Shown: positions 26,601 to 37,288 of the stretch, piece after piece
Layout: each line of letters starts with the position of its first letter
Position numbering within the stretch: the first letter of the stretch is position 1
Assembly: GCA_002633005.1 (NCBI GenBank)
Contig: NMRA01000401.1
Span: forward strand, 207,827-271,826
DNA from: Phoronis australis
Taxonomy: Eukaryota; Animalia; Phoronida
Direction: 5' to 3'
DNA length: 64,000 bases
Made by a program: the position numbers and the translations under genes
The notes under the pieces: generated by a model
What the model was told of the DNA's origin: nothing
The model's database searches: none
The model's input: the letters and a program-made list of their open reading frames with translations, nothing else

Positions 26601-29600
26601 TGCCAGTCATTGGTCCTTCTTTTATTGATTTTATTAAGGCTATCAACATAGGTCCATGCGCCTTTTTCCAGATGTAGGCGCAGTTTCATGTGTTGCTGTA
26701 TAGGCTTATTTTTTATATGATAAATGGTAGTTACATGGTCATTTTCCATACATGTCAGTTTGGCTAAAAATCACCAACCATCTTCTCAAGCATCACAATT
26801 TACTATGATAATCCAGTTTGTAACACACCTGACATTGCTCTGTCTTGTATATGCTAAACTGTGGACCTGTGGCCATATGTATATATATTTCAGTAAAGAT
26901 TAAACATGTCTTTAAAAGCAAACTGTAAGTTATTAATCTGATAATCGTGTGGTATGAGGAATATGTTCTGTGTTGCAGGTATACTCGTGGCCAGGTGACT
27001 CAGCTGGTATTGGTGATCACGAGATGGCGTCTTGGAAAGTACCTGGGTAAGTGGATCATGTTACCATCAAAGTTGTGAACGCTCTGATAAAGAAGAATTA
27101 AGGACTTTCATCTTAGATTCTTTGGTCCAAAAAATGACCAGGCTCTGACATAAATAGTTATTAGAGGTTTCGTGATGCCTAGAATTTGGGAGAAAGCCTC
27201 ACCATATATTTCTGGAAAGATTATCTGTTGCTCAAAAATACCACAAGGCTAGTAATGTCTGTTTACGTCCCTGTCTATTCGTATGTTTTTTGCATTAGCT
27301 TGCTGTAAACTCCCTGCTTTCAGATATGAACTGCTCAGAATTTGTCTTGGCTGTGAGAGTATTGCTGCACTCGCACGCACGCACACACACACACATTACT
27401 AGAGTGACCGTTTTGATCCCCAAAGTCAATATGTGGAAAATATATGTGGAGAATATATTATGAATGTTAACAAGATGCTGTTGGCAGTCAGCCACCATTA
27501 TTGTGTTGGTGGTTTTATTATTTAATTTTTTGTTCAAATGGTTTTTTCTGTTCCAGATTATGTGGCTGTCTCATTAGTATTGTTGCCCTGGACAACAACA
27601 TTTTTGCCACTACATCAGAGATGAGATTCACCGTCAATGCAACAGATGAAGACTATCTAACCTTACCTCGTAAGTCAACCAAAGATGAAACCGACAAATT
27701 TTATGTTCCTTTTCGCGAAAGGGGTTTGCCAAAATAATTATATATTTTCCAGAGGTGCTTATTTATTACTCTTTAGAAAGAAAAACATACAACAGCCATT
27801 TTAATTAGTGGTTATCGTTGATTTAAATTTTATTAGTGAATAGATTTTATATATTAACTTCATTTAATGGTTTGCTTTCACAAATTTTTCTCTTAAAATA
27901 TTCACTGATTGCTTATTACTAGGGTAAGACAGTGTATCTAGTTGTTGTCAGTACAATACAAAGGGATTGTACAACCAACGTTTCCCTGTAATTATGGCTA
28001 ATTCTGTTAACAGCAAAAATTACTTGTAATAACTCTTAGGGTGCCAGATGTTTAATTACATAACGGCTTATTAGCCGCCTTGCTGACTTCCCAGTTAATT
28101 CCCCTTTATTCTCAGTCATCAGGGGAGACTACTCTGGTGATGAATTCGGCTTCCACCCAGTTGTCACGACAAGGAATTCTTGGTCATTTTGTGTGAATAC
28201 TCTTGGCATTTACTGTTACTTGGACGTTATTGTCTTTATTAAAGTTGAAATGTTCTGATCTGCCTTGTCTTTTTTTCAGAGTCTCCGCCTCCAAAACTGA
28301 TAAGGGCAACGGGAGGCGAGGGTGACGTAGTCAGACCTCGCAGCAGCCACCTCAGTTTGAGTGAAAAACTACTGAATCTGCAACAGAAAGATCTGGTTTG
28401 TTAAATGTGTTCATTGTCATTCACCCTTTTCGGTGATTGAACCATTTTGTACCCTAGTTGTCACAATTCATTCAATTTGTCGAAGTTATGTGTAAAATTG
28501 ACAGGACATTATTTGAAAATCAGTCAAAAGTTGTTGCTGCTGTGGAATTTCACTGATTTTGGACTAGAATAGAATTCTTCAACATATTTTTGAAAACTGT
28601 TTAACATACAGGATGAGTTACTAGTTCGCGTAATTTATCTGCTTCCTTTCTTCTGCCTGCCGCTGTGACACAGTGTACAAAACGTGACGTGTCAAATGTT
28701 ACATTTCAGACAACTGACTCCTCCTCGTTGCTCGTGTTTACGACAGCGCCAGAATGTAGGAAGATAACGAGCTTGAACATTCCGGGCATTCTGAAACCAG
28801 ACTTACTGTGTTACAATGTACGTACTGATGTTAAGTCAAGCTGGTATGTGGCAGGGCGGAACCTGTTGGAAATTCCATTGTTAACGTGAAGAGTAGTTTG
28901 GTGGCAGTTCCGCTTGTATGCTGAATTCGTTGCAGCTCGCAGCAGCGTTCTCTGCAATTTTATTCGGCTCACTCTCAAACTCGCAGTATAGTTCTGTTGT
29001 TGATCATCCAAAAAGCAGCCACACAGCGTATTACCATGAGGCTATAATTAGATATATAAAATGGCAGCTTGAGCGAGTGTCCAATGATTGCAACCAGACA
29101 GCCCTACCACGTGTTAAACCAATATTGTCCCGATGAGGAGGCATTAAAGTTATTAAGACCTTAGAAAAATGTTCGTATTTTGCTAACTTAGAAGCATCAC
29201 ATCTCAGCAATGGCTGATTTGATTCCCGAGAAACTTTCGAATTGGTTAAACGCACGACACTTTTCTTCATTGTTCACAGTCTTTATTCTGCTATGTTCAT
29301 ACCTGCGGAACAAAACTTTACTCTCAACCGAACATAGATAAAGTAACTGACCTAGCGACATAATTAAAAGGCACACGATATTTCGAAACATACTTGACAT
29401 GTTTCATTCTCAAGTGAACATAAAATGACGCAGTAATGCCACCACAGAGTATAAGCTGATGACACACACAGTGGGACACGGCGGGTGTGAAATACTGCAA
29501 GGAATGACTAATGAAGAGGGGTAACAGGAAAGTCACGCAAACAAGTGTAACGTGCGGAGCGACCCTTTTTGCTGCTCATTCAAAACAGGCTTCTCAAAAG

Positions 29601-32600
29601 CAATTAAAAGGGACTCTAATACTTTCAAACGCAGCACTTCTTGCTCCACATAATTGACTTGTTTTCCACAATTTCTTGACGGGTGATTTTATGTGCGTGG
29701 CATTGCAGAAAATGATCTTGAATGGCGCCATTTTGAAGATGCATGGATAACCGACGGGAAAGACTGCAAACCGTTTGACCAAAGAATATTAGTGACGTTT
29801 GAATAAAGACATTCGTTCATAGGGCATACAAACTCATAAACAATACTACATTGTGCAATGGGGCGGACATTCGCTTTAGAAATGTTATTTTTCATGACCA
29901 AGTTGGAGGACTTCCTATTCCGATAATTGTTTATGGATTGTTTTAAATTCAAGGTCACGTGAACCAGTTAATCATATATTGATATAAAGTTAAAAATCAG
30001 CATACAGTTTTTCTTATTTTGGAAAATATATATTTAGAAACTCAGTTTGTATAGTTTTTGTAGGTGTTTGGCTTAATGCTCAGACATGTCCTGTATAACC
30101 TAATATTCTCCTGTTTGAAATATCCTGTTAAAAATTCATGATTGCGTGACCAAAGGTTTTTTAACTTCTAAAGTTACTTAATGGTCTTTCCTTTGCTACG
30201 GATTTTTTCACATCTTGTTACCCGGTGTCTTTGGTGATTGGTGACTGAATTCAGTGAGCGAAGCTACCCCTACAACAAATACAACAGTATAAAATGAAGA
30301 CATGTTTAAGTTCATTCATGTCCAGTTTTTTATAGTATGATTGTTAGGGCTTTATTATTTTTACCCAGTCACATTCTACTGTTCAGTAATTCCAGTTTCA
30401 CGTGAGTGTACGTGTTCAAACTTTGAAGTGAGATTGTTAGGGAATAAGGACTTGCTCAGCCACAGTCTACTGATCAATAGCCTCAGTTTCATGTGATTAT
30501 TACGTCTTCTACTTTATTTAAAGTTGCTATAAGCCCTTATTGTCTCTCAAAGAAGCTGATTTTTGATTTAAACCACTTTGTTAAACTGGTCTCAACTTGC
30601 TCCATACTCAGATGAGAAGTAATGCAAAATTGGTTAAGTACGCTACCGTCACACTTGTCTTTGTTAACAATCTTTATTCCGTTCCGTTCGTATCCTCGGA
30701 AAGACATTTCTAAACATGTCGTGTGTCTTTTAATCATGTCTTATGGTCTCTTGTTTTACCAATGTTCTGTTGAATGTCAAACTTTGTTCCAATGATACGA
30801 ACTTAACAGAATAAAGTTCGTTAACAACGACAAGTGTCGTGTATTTAATCAATTTTGTGTAACGAAAAGCGTGCTCTCGAAGTACAGTCAGATGAGAAGT
30901 CACGTAATTTCTGTGCTTTTTAAGAATTGGCGGTTTGTTCTTGTTTGAGGTCAAGTTCACTAACTCATCTCCTGTTGATTTCAGGGGAAGAGCAGAATCA
31001 TTCTAGTTGGAAGTAACCACTACAGAAAGTTGAAGCTCTATTCTTTCAAGACTGATCAGCTCTCTCATTATGCTGACATTGTAAGTTCAAATTTGAGTTA
31101 CATGTATTAAGTGAATCTTATCATCTGCTACGTTGCATGTATTCTGAATCCAATTCATGTCTTCCAGCATTTTTTCATCATCAATGAATGGCAGACGGTG
31201 AAATAATGGACTAACATTTTAATTGTTTCGAATCTCTCATTCAAAACAGGATGTTGGAGAAAATGGCCGACCAAGAGGAGTCTGTTCCTCCCAGAATCCT
31301 TTAGGCTTCTTCTCAGCCATTGCCGTGTGCCAGGAAGACTCTGTCGCGTTTCTTCCGTCAAGCAAAGGAATCCAGTGTGATCTGACTGTCAAGTTTCACG
31401 CGCTGAAGGCTGAAGAGAAAAGTAAGCATTGGGAAACATCCAGTCATTCCTAGACACGTTAACTAGAGTCACCTTAAGGAGACTTGTTCATTGATGTGAA
31501 GCACTTATAGTACAAGGCAAAAGTAATTAGACAAAATACCGTTATCCCTTATGATGGCTTAGTCTGTTTACAGCAAAATTCTAATCGCAAAAGTCACTTG
31601 CATTAGCCACCTTTATACTAATTTTCATGTCATTCTCGATCATGAGGGGAGATTACTCTGACTATGAATTTGATTGTCACCCAACTTGTCTGACAGGGAA
31701 TTCTGGGTCATCTGTCACCCAACTTGTCTGACAGGGAATTCTGGGTCATTTCATGTGCATACTTATGACTTGTTTTGTATAGTCTCCGCACTTTCCCATC
31801 TTGACAACAGGAGAAGCAAAAATACCTGTGCTGATGTTGCCCGTGAGGTGTTGGCTTTTGTTAACAGACGTAAATGTAGGGCCCTTGAAAATCATCAATT
31901 TATGACATATGTCATTAACTTCTTAATGTCATATCTCATAAAGTGCTGATCTGATTCGAATGAATTCACGTACTGTGCTTTTTACACTGTTTTCCGAAAT
32001 TATGTTAGGAATTATTCTTGCAATTTTATAATTTTACATTAGGGTCTGTCAAAAAAATGAGGTTTATGATTTTTATGGCATTTAAAAAATGTAAAAACAT
32101 TATAATTTTAGATTTCATTCTAAACATTTATATCAAAAGAAATCATGTCATGTTATCGAACTTTCTTCAATGTTTTGCTTAATTTCATTTTTTCTTTTCT
32201 GACTTCGTGATAAATGAGAAATGATGATGATAATCTTTCACTTTTTGCTAATAATACATCAATTATTTTTCAATTTACAGAGCCAAGGAAAACACAGAGA
32301 ATGGCTGACACAAAATCAAGAACTACCTCTGAGCCTTTACCCAAGAGACCTTTAATTGAAGAGATCAGTGACTATGGCCAGACTAGTAATAAAGGACCAG
32401 GGTCCTGCAGTCCTGAATCACAAACCAAGGTGAAGTCGCTTTGTAACGAAGTCCCTGATCCTGTCATGGTTGATAGCGATATCGAAGAGGATGGTGTCGT
32501 CAACTTGGGATTGGTCCACAGCTCTTTAGCACAGCCGTCTAACGAGGCGACAACCACCAGTCTTGACTCGTCGCGTGACGGGTCAGTCATAGCTAACGGG

Positions 32601-35101
32601 TGCTCTGAACCCAGTAAAATGTCAGAACTGGAAAACGGGAGCACACCTAGTCTTGAATGTCCTGAGGGTGAAGCAGAATCCTGCCCCAAGAAGACCAAGA
32701 TAGATCTAATTGTTGATGAGCACGTTGATGCTGCTGAGAGCTCCGTCAGCTTAGAACCTCCGACTGGCTTTGCTGATCACACCGTCACATCAATTGCACA
32801 TACTAATGGAAACTCATTTCAGCAGAACCAAGAAGAATCTCGTGATGACAGTCCGAATTCCATAAGCAATGGACACGTTCTAAACAGCGGTGGAGTGGAA
32901 GAGATGTATCCTGCAGAGAACGCATATTTTGACTTACAACCACCTGCTGGGTTTAGTAATGACCTTGATCAATTGTCGGATAAACCAAGTGAAACGTTTC
33001 ACAGTCAAGTAGAAATCGTGGAGACACTACCTTTGAACTCTAGTACACACGCAGCTTTAGGGAAGGACATCTCTAGCTTGTCAAAGCAGTTAGAAGATGA
33101 TGGACATTCATTTGGTGAGTTATCTGACATGTCTGATCACTCAGACTGTACAGGAGAGATGAAAGTGGAAGATCTGGTTGAAGTCAGTGAGAGACAGTCG
33201 CGGATGGACTTAGACATTGATGAACTGTATCGGGCTTACCGAGATAGTCAGAACAATACTAACAGTGAAGGTTCTCTATTTGATGATTTGGCAGACAGAT
33301 ACTCTGGTCTGGGAGAGGTTCAAGAAGATGTTTGCCAAGTCAATGACAGTGCATTACTGCGTGCCTCGGTAGAAAGAGCAGATGACGTTGATTGCACTGA
33401 GAAGCCATGCAACTCATACTCCCCTCTAGTGGACGTGGACATTAGAAAACCTAATATTCCCATAGCTCTGCAAGAGAATACTCCACCCGCAGCTGATCCC
33501 AAAATATCTTTGGTCTTCCCTGAGGTTACTAAGTCACCCATTCGATCGAAGAAACCACGGCAAACGTTGACTGAGAGAATGGCATATAAACTCTCTATGG
33601 GCACCAACATAGAAAGCTGTTCTAATCCAGAGTTGGTGGAAAGACTCTCGTGTCATCTTAGCAACAAAGAAATTCCTGCTGAAACGAAAAGCAGTTGCAC
33701 AGACGACGAGTTGGAAGTGTCTAAAGGTACAGACAGCGAAAAAGAAAATTTCTGCAAAGATAAACAAGTGAATGGTATTAAGCAAATAGATGAGTATAAA
33801 AGTGACATCCCTCACCCAGAAGTGGCACCAGGCAAAGATGAAGCTTTAGAAACTGGACGTCAGAGTGATGACGTACCTGTTGACCCAGGTAGTCAAGAGA
33901 AGAAGCTGGGATTTGTGGACAACATCAAGAGGCCATTTTTAAAGCTAAGGCACGTCTTTGATGACCATGGAGATACAGAACAAGATTTATCCTCCTTGTC
34001 AACGAATGATGAACTAGTACTTTGTTTTGATGATTATGACATCATTGAAATGGATGATGAGCTGCTGAAAGATTCAACCGTTGATGATGAGAATGAAGAA
34101 AATCCTTTCTTCAGCGAGTCTCAGCAAACTGAAATTGTAATGCCAGACGGTCAAAGGTCTCCCTCTGTGGCTGACAGAATCAAAGGATTTTTTACGTTAC
34201 GAAAGAATTCGGGTCCTGAGGATGAAAATGAAGCGGTGCCGATAAAAAGTGAAGACCAATTGGAAGTGGTTGCTGTAAATGGCAAAGACATCAATGATAT
34301 CAGTGTTGACGAAGAGGATGGTAATCGGCTGAACTCGGAAGGTAATTCAGGAGACTCTGCGATCGAACCCGCTCTTACAAATGATGAAAAACACGCTTCA
34401 GGTGATGAATGTGATATTGCAGAATCAAAAGATGTGAAGAAAACAAGCATGAGAAGAAAGCTTGTGAATTTCTTCAGTTTTGGGAAGGAAACTCCTAAGA
34501 ACGATTTGTCTGATTCTGGAGCCGAGTTAAATGACCAGGACAATGGAGGTCCCCAGTCTCCAACAGAGGTGGAAGTGCATCAACTACAGTATCAAGTTGA
34601 TCTTCAGAAGCAGCACCTGGACCAGTTGAAGGAACAGATCTTCAGACTCACCAGGTAAGTATTTTATTTATTTATTATTGTGATATTTAAAATGAGGATG
34701 GCCTCTTCAGTGATAGCACTGCTTTCCAAGAGGGCCCTCAACAAGAAAAACAGTAATATAATACAATGAAGTAATAAAACAACAATGGAATATACGTAAC
34801 ATGAATAAATTGTGGCAAGAATGGAGTTGCGGGACTTAATTGACTGCTTCATTGGTGGATATATGAACAATGAAAGGTGGTCAACATTTTTCGTATTGAG
34901 ATATTTGCACCCCCTCCCCAATCCTCCCAACATCCACACGCACACAAAGGTATACACTCGTGAATAGCCACAAAATAGTAAATGCCAAAATTTCTTTCTC
35001 TGTCATTTTAACCTCTTATTTCTTTGTTGGCGGCCAAGGGAGAGGGGGCACTGTTGTTCAGGATCAAATTGAACTATTTTTTTATTAGGAGAGATAATAA
35101 T

Positions 35102-35161
<60 letters not shown>

Positions 35162-37288
35162 CATCATCATCATCATAATCATAAACTGTATTTATAAAGG
35201 ATGAAATACAGTAGAATTAAAAAACATGATCCAACTTATGTGGTAAAATGTTTTCAATTTTGCACAAAGATAATTGCCAGCATTGATTATTTTTTATTTT
35301 TCAAAGCTTTTGGCTTGTTACATGCCCGTGACCACTCAAAACCTTGCAAGATGCCAAGGCACAAAGTATAACCTAAAACTAGTAAAGCATAGATTTGGCG
35401 ATACCTGTCTTTTGCAAAATGTTGGGAGATAAAATTTCTCTGTAGCTAGATTTGATAGCAGTAAGTAATATCCCATAAACAGTATTTCAGAAGTTGCAGC
35501 CTCAAAAATACACATCTTCTAAAATATAGTTGGGCAGTAATGCTAACCTATTACATGGTGATCTCAAATATCAATAGACACAGACAGATTCTTACGCAGT
35601 TGTGCTCTTGTAAAGCACCCAGACATTTGCAAATTTTCTAAATTTTCAAATCCTGTTTTCTAAACTTGGAAGAACATTTCATTTACAGAGCTCTTCAGGA
35701 GTCTGAGTGTCGCAAATGTGCTTTGTCGAAACACAGCGCCATCTATAGAGATCCTGGTGAGTGTTCGTGGCTTAGTGTTTCCTCATCGACATTGGAATGT
35801 GTTTGAAACTTCTCGTTTTGTGAGCGTTTTCAAACAGTGTTCCTTCTGAACATGAGGGCGTTCTCCCTTTCACTGATTTCACCAGACTTGTACCAGTTTT
35901 GAGCGCGTGATAACATTTGGCTCCTCTGTTAACTGCCAAGCACAGTCTTTTGTCTGGTATGACAACATGCAAGCCAGTTATCTACAACGCTTCAAAGACT
36001 TTCTGAAACTGTAAAGCGTTTGGACAGAATAGATTCTCTTAACTACGGTTGTAGTTGGTCAATTTTGGTGGTTCAAAAATTAAACATGATCAGCATTTTA
36101 CGAGGAACTCAGAATTGTTATTGTTTTTTTCAAACAGCTTATAATTTATCTTTCATTTTAGCAACACAGCCAAGTCAGGCTAGGTACGATTTTATCAGGA
36201 TTAGATCTGCAATTATTGATTAAAAGAGCTGGCCCTCCAACCACAGTTAGTCAATTGTGTATTACTAAGATACGCTGGTCAACCGGCCAACTTGTTTGTT
36301 TGCTTTCTGATCGAACTAGTTGAAGTCAACATGAGAGCGCCATAATGAATTTCTCTTGTTGTTCTCAAAGGGTTGTAGCTATATGCACAACACTCGATCA
36401 CAGATTTTAAACATATTTAGGCTCATGCAATCATTACATTTCAAGCTCTCATTGCAAGTTTGTTATTTGTCGTTTCATCTTATGTATCTTGTCTTAAGTA
36501 AGCTGTTCATATTTCAACGTTTAGATACTGTGACAGTTGTTTGCAACCTTGGAGAAGAAAGTTTACAGAAAGAGTTTGCTCTGGTCAATGGTCAAATTAA
36601 GCTGTCGGAGGTGAAGATGGCTTTCAAAATGGACACGATAGAGATCATGAAAGGTAAGAATGGAGTAAACGTTTCTACCTGGTTTTGTCTGTGCAAGCAA
36701 GTCTCCTACTATAATTATATCAACACCTTCCTTCGCCTTGAAAACATGCCTTTTATAACAGTCGGCACCATCATCAAACCAAATGATGTGCGACCCCCCG
36801 TCGTGATGCCTGAGCACGGGAAATTATTGGTCATGACGACTTGAGCGTAATTCCGCATCATGACGGCGGAGAGCAAGTGGAATCTACCATCAGGGTAGCA
36901 AGAACGACCCGTCCTGAAGGCTCGTGACGGATCGTTCCCATGGAAACAGTACGTTGTCCGATTACTTTTGGCATGTACTGCCTTCTATGATCATTCGTGA
37001 TAGGCATTCAGCTTACTTTCGATGAAATTAAGCTTAACTTGCCTTTCCTTAAAGTAATGCTTAAAATTGTGAGCCTAAGATAAAACAGTATAGGCACTTA
37101 TGAAAAACATTTGGTATGTCCTTGCACAATCTTATTGTCAAGAATTACTGAATTACTAATAATTAATTCTCTTTTGTTTACGTTTAGGTGATGGATCATT
37201 TGTAGTGGGTGCTGACAGAGGAGGCTTCATACCAATCCAGTTTCCCCCAGGAGCAACCATTCACATCCAAGATAATAGTGAATGTTAA
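12848..37288 (+). CDS. WDCP: WD repeat and coiled-coil containing protein (WDCP/C2orf44 orthologue), 15 exons, about 1287 aa
   Basis: join 12848-12905,13807-13915,23496-23656,24295-24412,25825-25897,26979-27046,27557-27669,28280-28395,28710-28817,30985-31080,31250-31421,32281-34654,35689-35756,36525-36653,37188-37288. All introns are GT-AG and phases are consistent (3864 nt). Motifs MELGK, VHAKHGIAWTDG, GCLWHP, CGSWSTDGLKL, DSSSLLVF, IPGILKPDLL, RPRGVC, FLPSSK, a coiled coil, and VGADRGGFIPIQF match WDCP in order. Confidence 0.92.
13807..13915 (+). CDS. WDCP: WDCP exon 2
   Basis: AVHAKHGIAWTDGLSVHVTPIYAKYGSSEPLKLGEF; AG/GT bounded. Confidence 0.9.
16537..16857. mobile_element. Inverted-repeat (fold-back) element resembling Penelope-like pLTRs, each arm with a minimal hammerhead motif
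   Basis: ~140-bp arms 16537-16680 and ~16713-16857 are near reverse complements; CTGACGA...GAAACGTC core. Confidence 0.6.
16598..16639 (-). ncRNA. Minimal hammerhead ribozyme-like motif (Penelope type), probably degraded
   Basis: cac-CUGACGA-uggccagagaauagaccaacc-GAAA-CGUC-gug; sister motifs at 16753-16794 (+) and 20060-20101 (-). Confidence 0.5.
18151..18217. repeat. Short hairpin; empty form of the 38520-38885 family (second copy 20243-20322)
   Basis: CATTTTTAAGTCTGGTCA..CACGCCACC / GGCGGCGTG..TGACCAGACTTAAAAATG; the arm aligns with the 38827-38885 arm. Confidence 0.65.
18456..18796. other. Assembly gap (a second gap lies at 45383-45409)
   Basis: Run of N. Confidence 1.
20553..20637. repeat. 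(GT)n microsatellite
   Basis: Direct observation. Confidence 0.95.
22343..22459. mobile_element. ~117-bp hairpin MITE (Harbinger-like ends)
   Basis: CGTTTAGACTTATAGTTGACACGGAGCA / TGCTCCGTGTCAACTTTGTAAGTGTAAACG. Confidence 0.6.
23496..23656 (+). CDS. WDCP: WDCP exon 3
   Basis: SVRSLQWSRDVGHRLCYLSVVSQNEVTLWTV...PINN; phase 2 to 1. Confidence 0.87.
24295..24412 (+). CDS. WDCP: WDCP exon 4
   Basis: GCLWHPVTDIICILSSHRAK...; phase 1 to 2. Confidence 0.88.
25006..25732. mobile_element. ~730-bp non-autonomous TIR element
   Basis: CACTCAGGGTCTGA / TCAGACCCTGAGTG plus subterminal TGGGGTAGGTT / AACCTACCCCA. Confidence 0.65.
25825..25897 (+). CDS. WDCP: WDCP exon 5
   Basis: GKITCGSWSTDGLKLAVMYSETVV; phase 2 to 0. 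Confidence 0.87.
26979..27046 (+). CDS. WDCP: WDCP exon 6
   Basis: VYSWPGDSAGIGDHEMASWKVP; TGCAG acceptor, GTAAGT donor. Confidence 0.82.
27557..27669 (+). CDS. WDCP: WDCP exon 7
   Basis: LCGCLISIVALDNNIFATTSEMRF...; phase 2 to 1. Confidence 0.83.
28280..28395 (+). CDS. WDCP: WDCP exon 8
   Basis: Strong pyrimidine tract with CAG, open frame SPPPKLIRATGGEG...NLQQKDL; phase 1 to 0 is required by the neighbours. Confidence 0.72.
28710..28817 (+). CDS. WDCP: WDCP exon 9
   Basis: TTDSSSLLVFTTAPECRKITSLNIPGILKPDLLCYN. Confidence 0.87.
29533..29958 (-). mobile_element. Penelope-like retroelement 3' remnant (frameshifted GIY-YIG endonuclease)
   Basis: YRNRKSSNLVMKNN...IVYEFVCPMNEC / FGQTVCSLSRRLSMHLQNGAIQDH / LKVLESLLIAFEKPVLNEQ..TLHLF*, the typical PLE C-terminal GIY-YIG pattern. 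Confidence 0.8.
30985..31080 (+). CDS. WDCP: WDCP exon 10
   Basis: GKSRIILVGSNHYRKLKLYSFKTDQLSHYADI; GTAAGT donor. Confidence 0.85.
31250..31421 (+). CDS. WDCP: WDCP exon 11
   Basis: DVGENGRPRGVC...AFLPSSKG...; phase 0 to 1. Confidence 0.87.
31675..31749. repeat. 38-bp perfect tandem duplication
   Basis: TGTCACCCAACTTGTCTGACAGGGAATTCTGGGTCAT at 31675 and 31713. Confidence 0.9.
32281..34654 (+). CDS. WDCP: WDCP exon 12, a 2374-nt exon encoding an acidic disordered region and the start of the coiled coil
   Basis: Corresponds to the 814-aa ORF 32214-34658, but bounded by a TTACAG acceptor at 32280 and a GTAAGT donor at 34655; phase 1 to 2 fits. Confidence 0.9.
35095..35182. repeat. (AAT)n(CAT)n microsatellite
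   Basis: Direct observation. Confidence 0.95.
35689..35756 (+). CDS. WDCP: WDCP exon 13
   Basis: ALQESECRKCALSKHSAIYRDP; GTGAGT donor. Confidence 0.8.
36525..36653 (+). CDS. WDCP: WDCP exon 14
   Basis: DTVTVVCNLGEESLQKEFALVNGQIKLSEVKMAFKMDTIEIMK. Confidence 0.87.
36761..37006 (+). ncRNA. Candidate structured RNA (six consecutive hairpins) in the last WDCP intron
   Basis: Stems seen by eye: 36761-36794, 36798-36866, 36884-36898, 36902-36937, 36947-36980, 36979-37006; G-U pairs favour the plus strand; family not identified. Confidence 0.45.
37188..37288 (+). CDS. WDCP: WDCP exon 15 (terminal)
   Basis: GDGSFVVGADRGGFIPIQFPPGATIHIQDNSEC, stop TAA. Confidence 0.88.

Noticed and set aside
29440-29500. 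CTGATGA..ACAC/GTGT..GAAA hammerhead-like core next to the Penelope relic
   Set aside because: I could not build a convincing stem I or cleavage triplet; at best a decayed motif
32214-34658. 814-aa ORF as a stand-alone gene
   Set aside because: It has splice sites at both ends and joins WDCP exons in phase; the ATG at 32214 is intronic
36660-36951. Telomerase RNA interpretation of the H/ACA-like region
   Set aside because: No CTAACCC template or pseudoknot upstream, and no room for CR4/5
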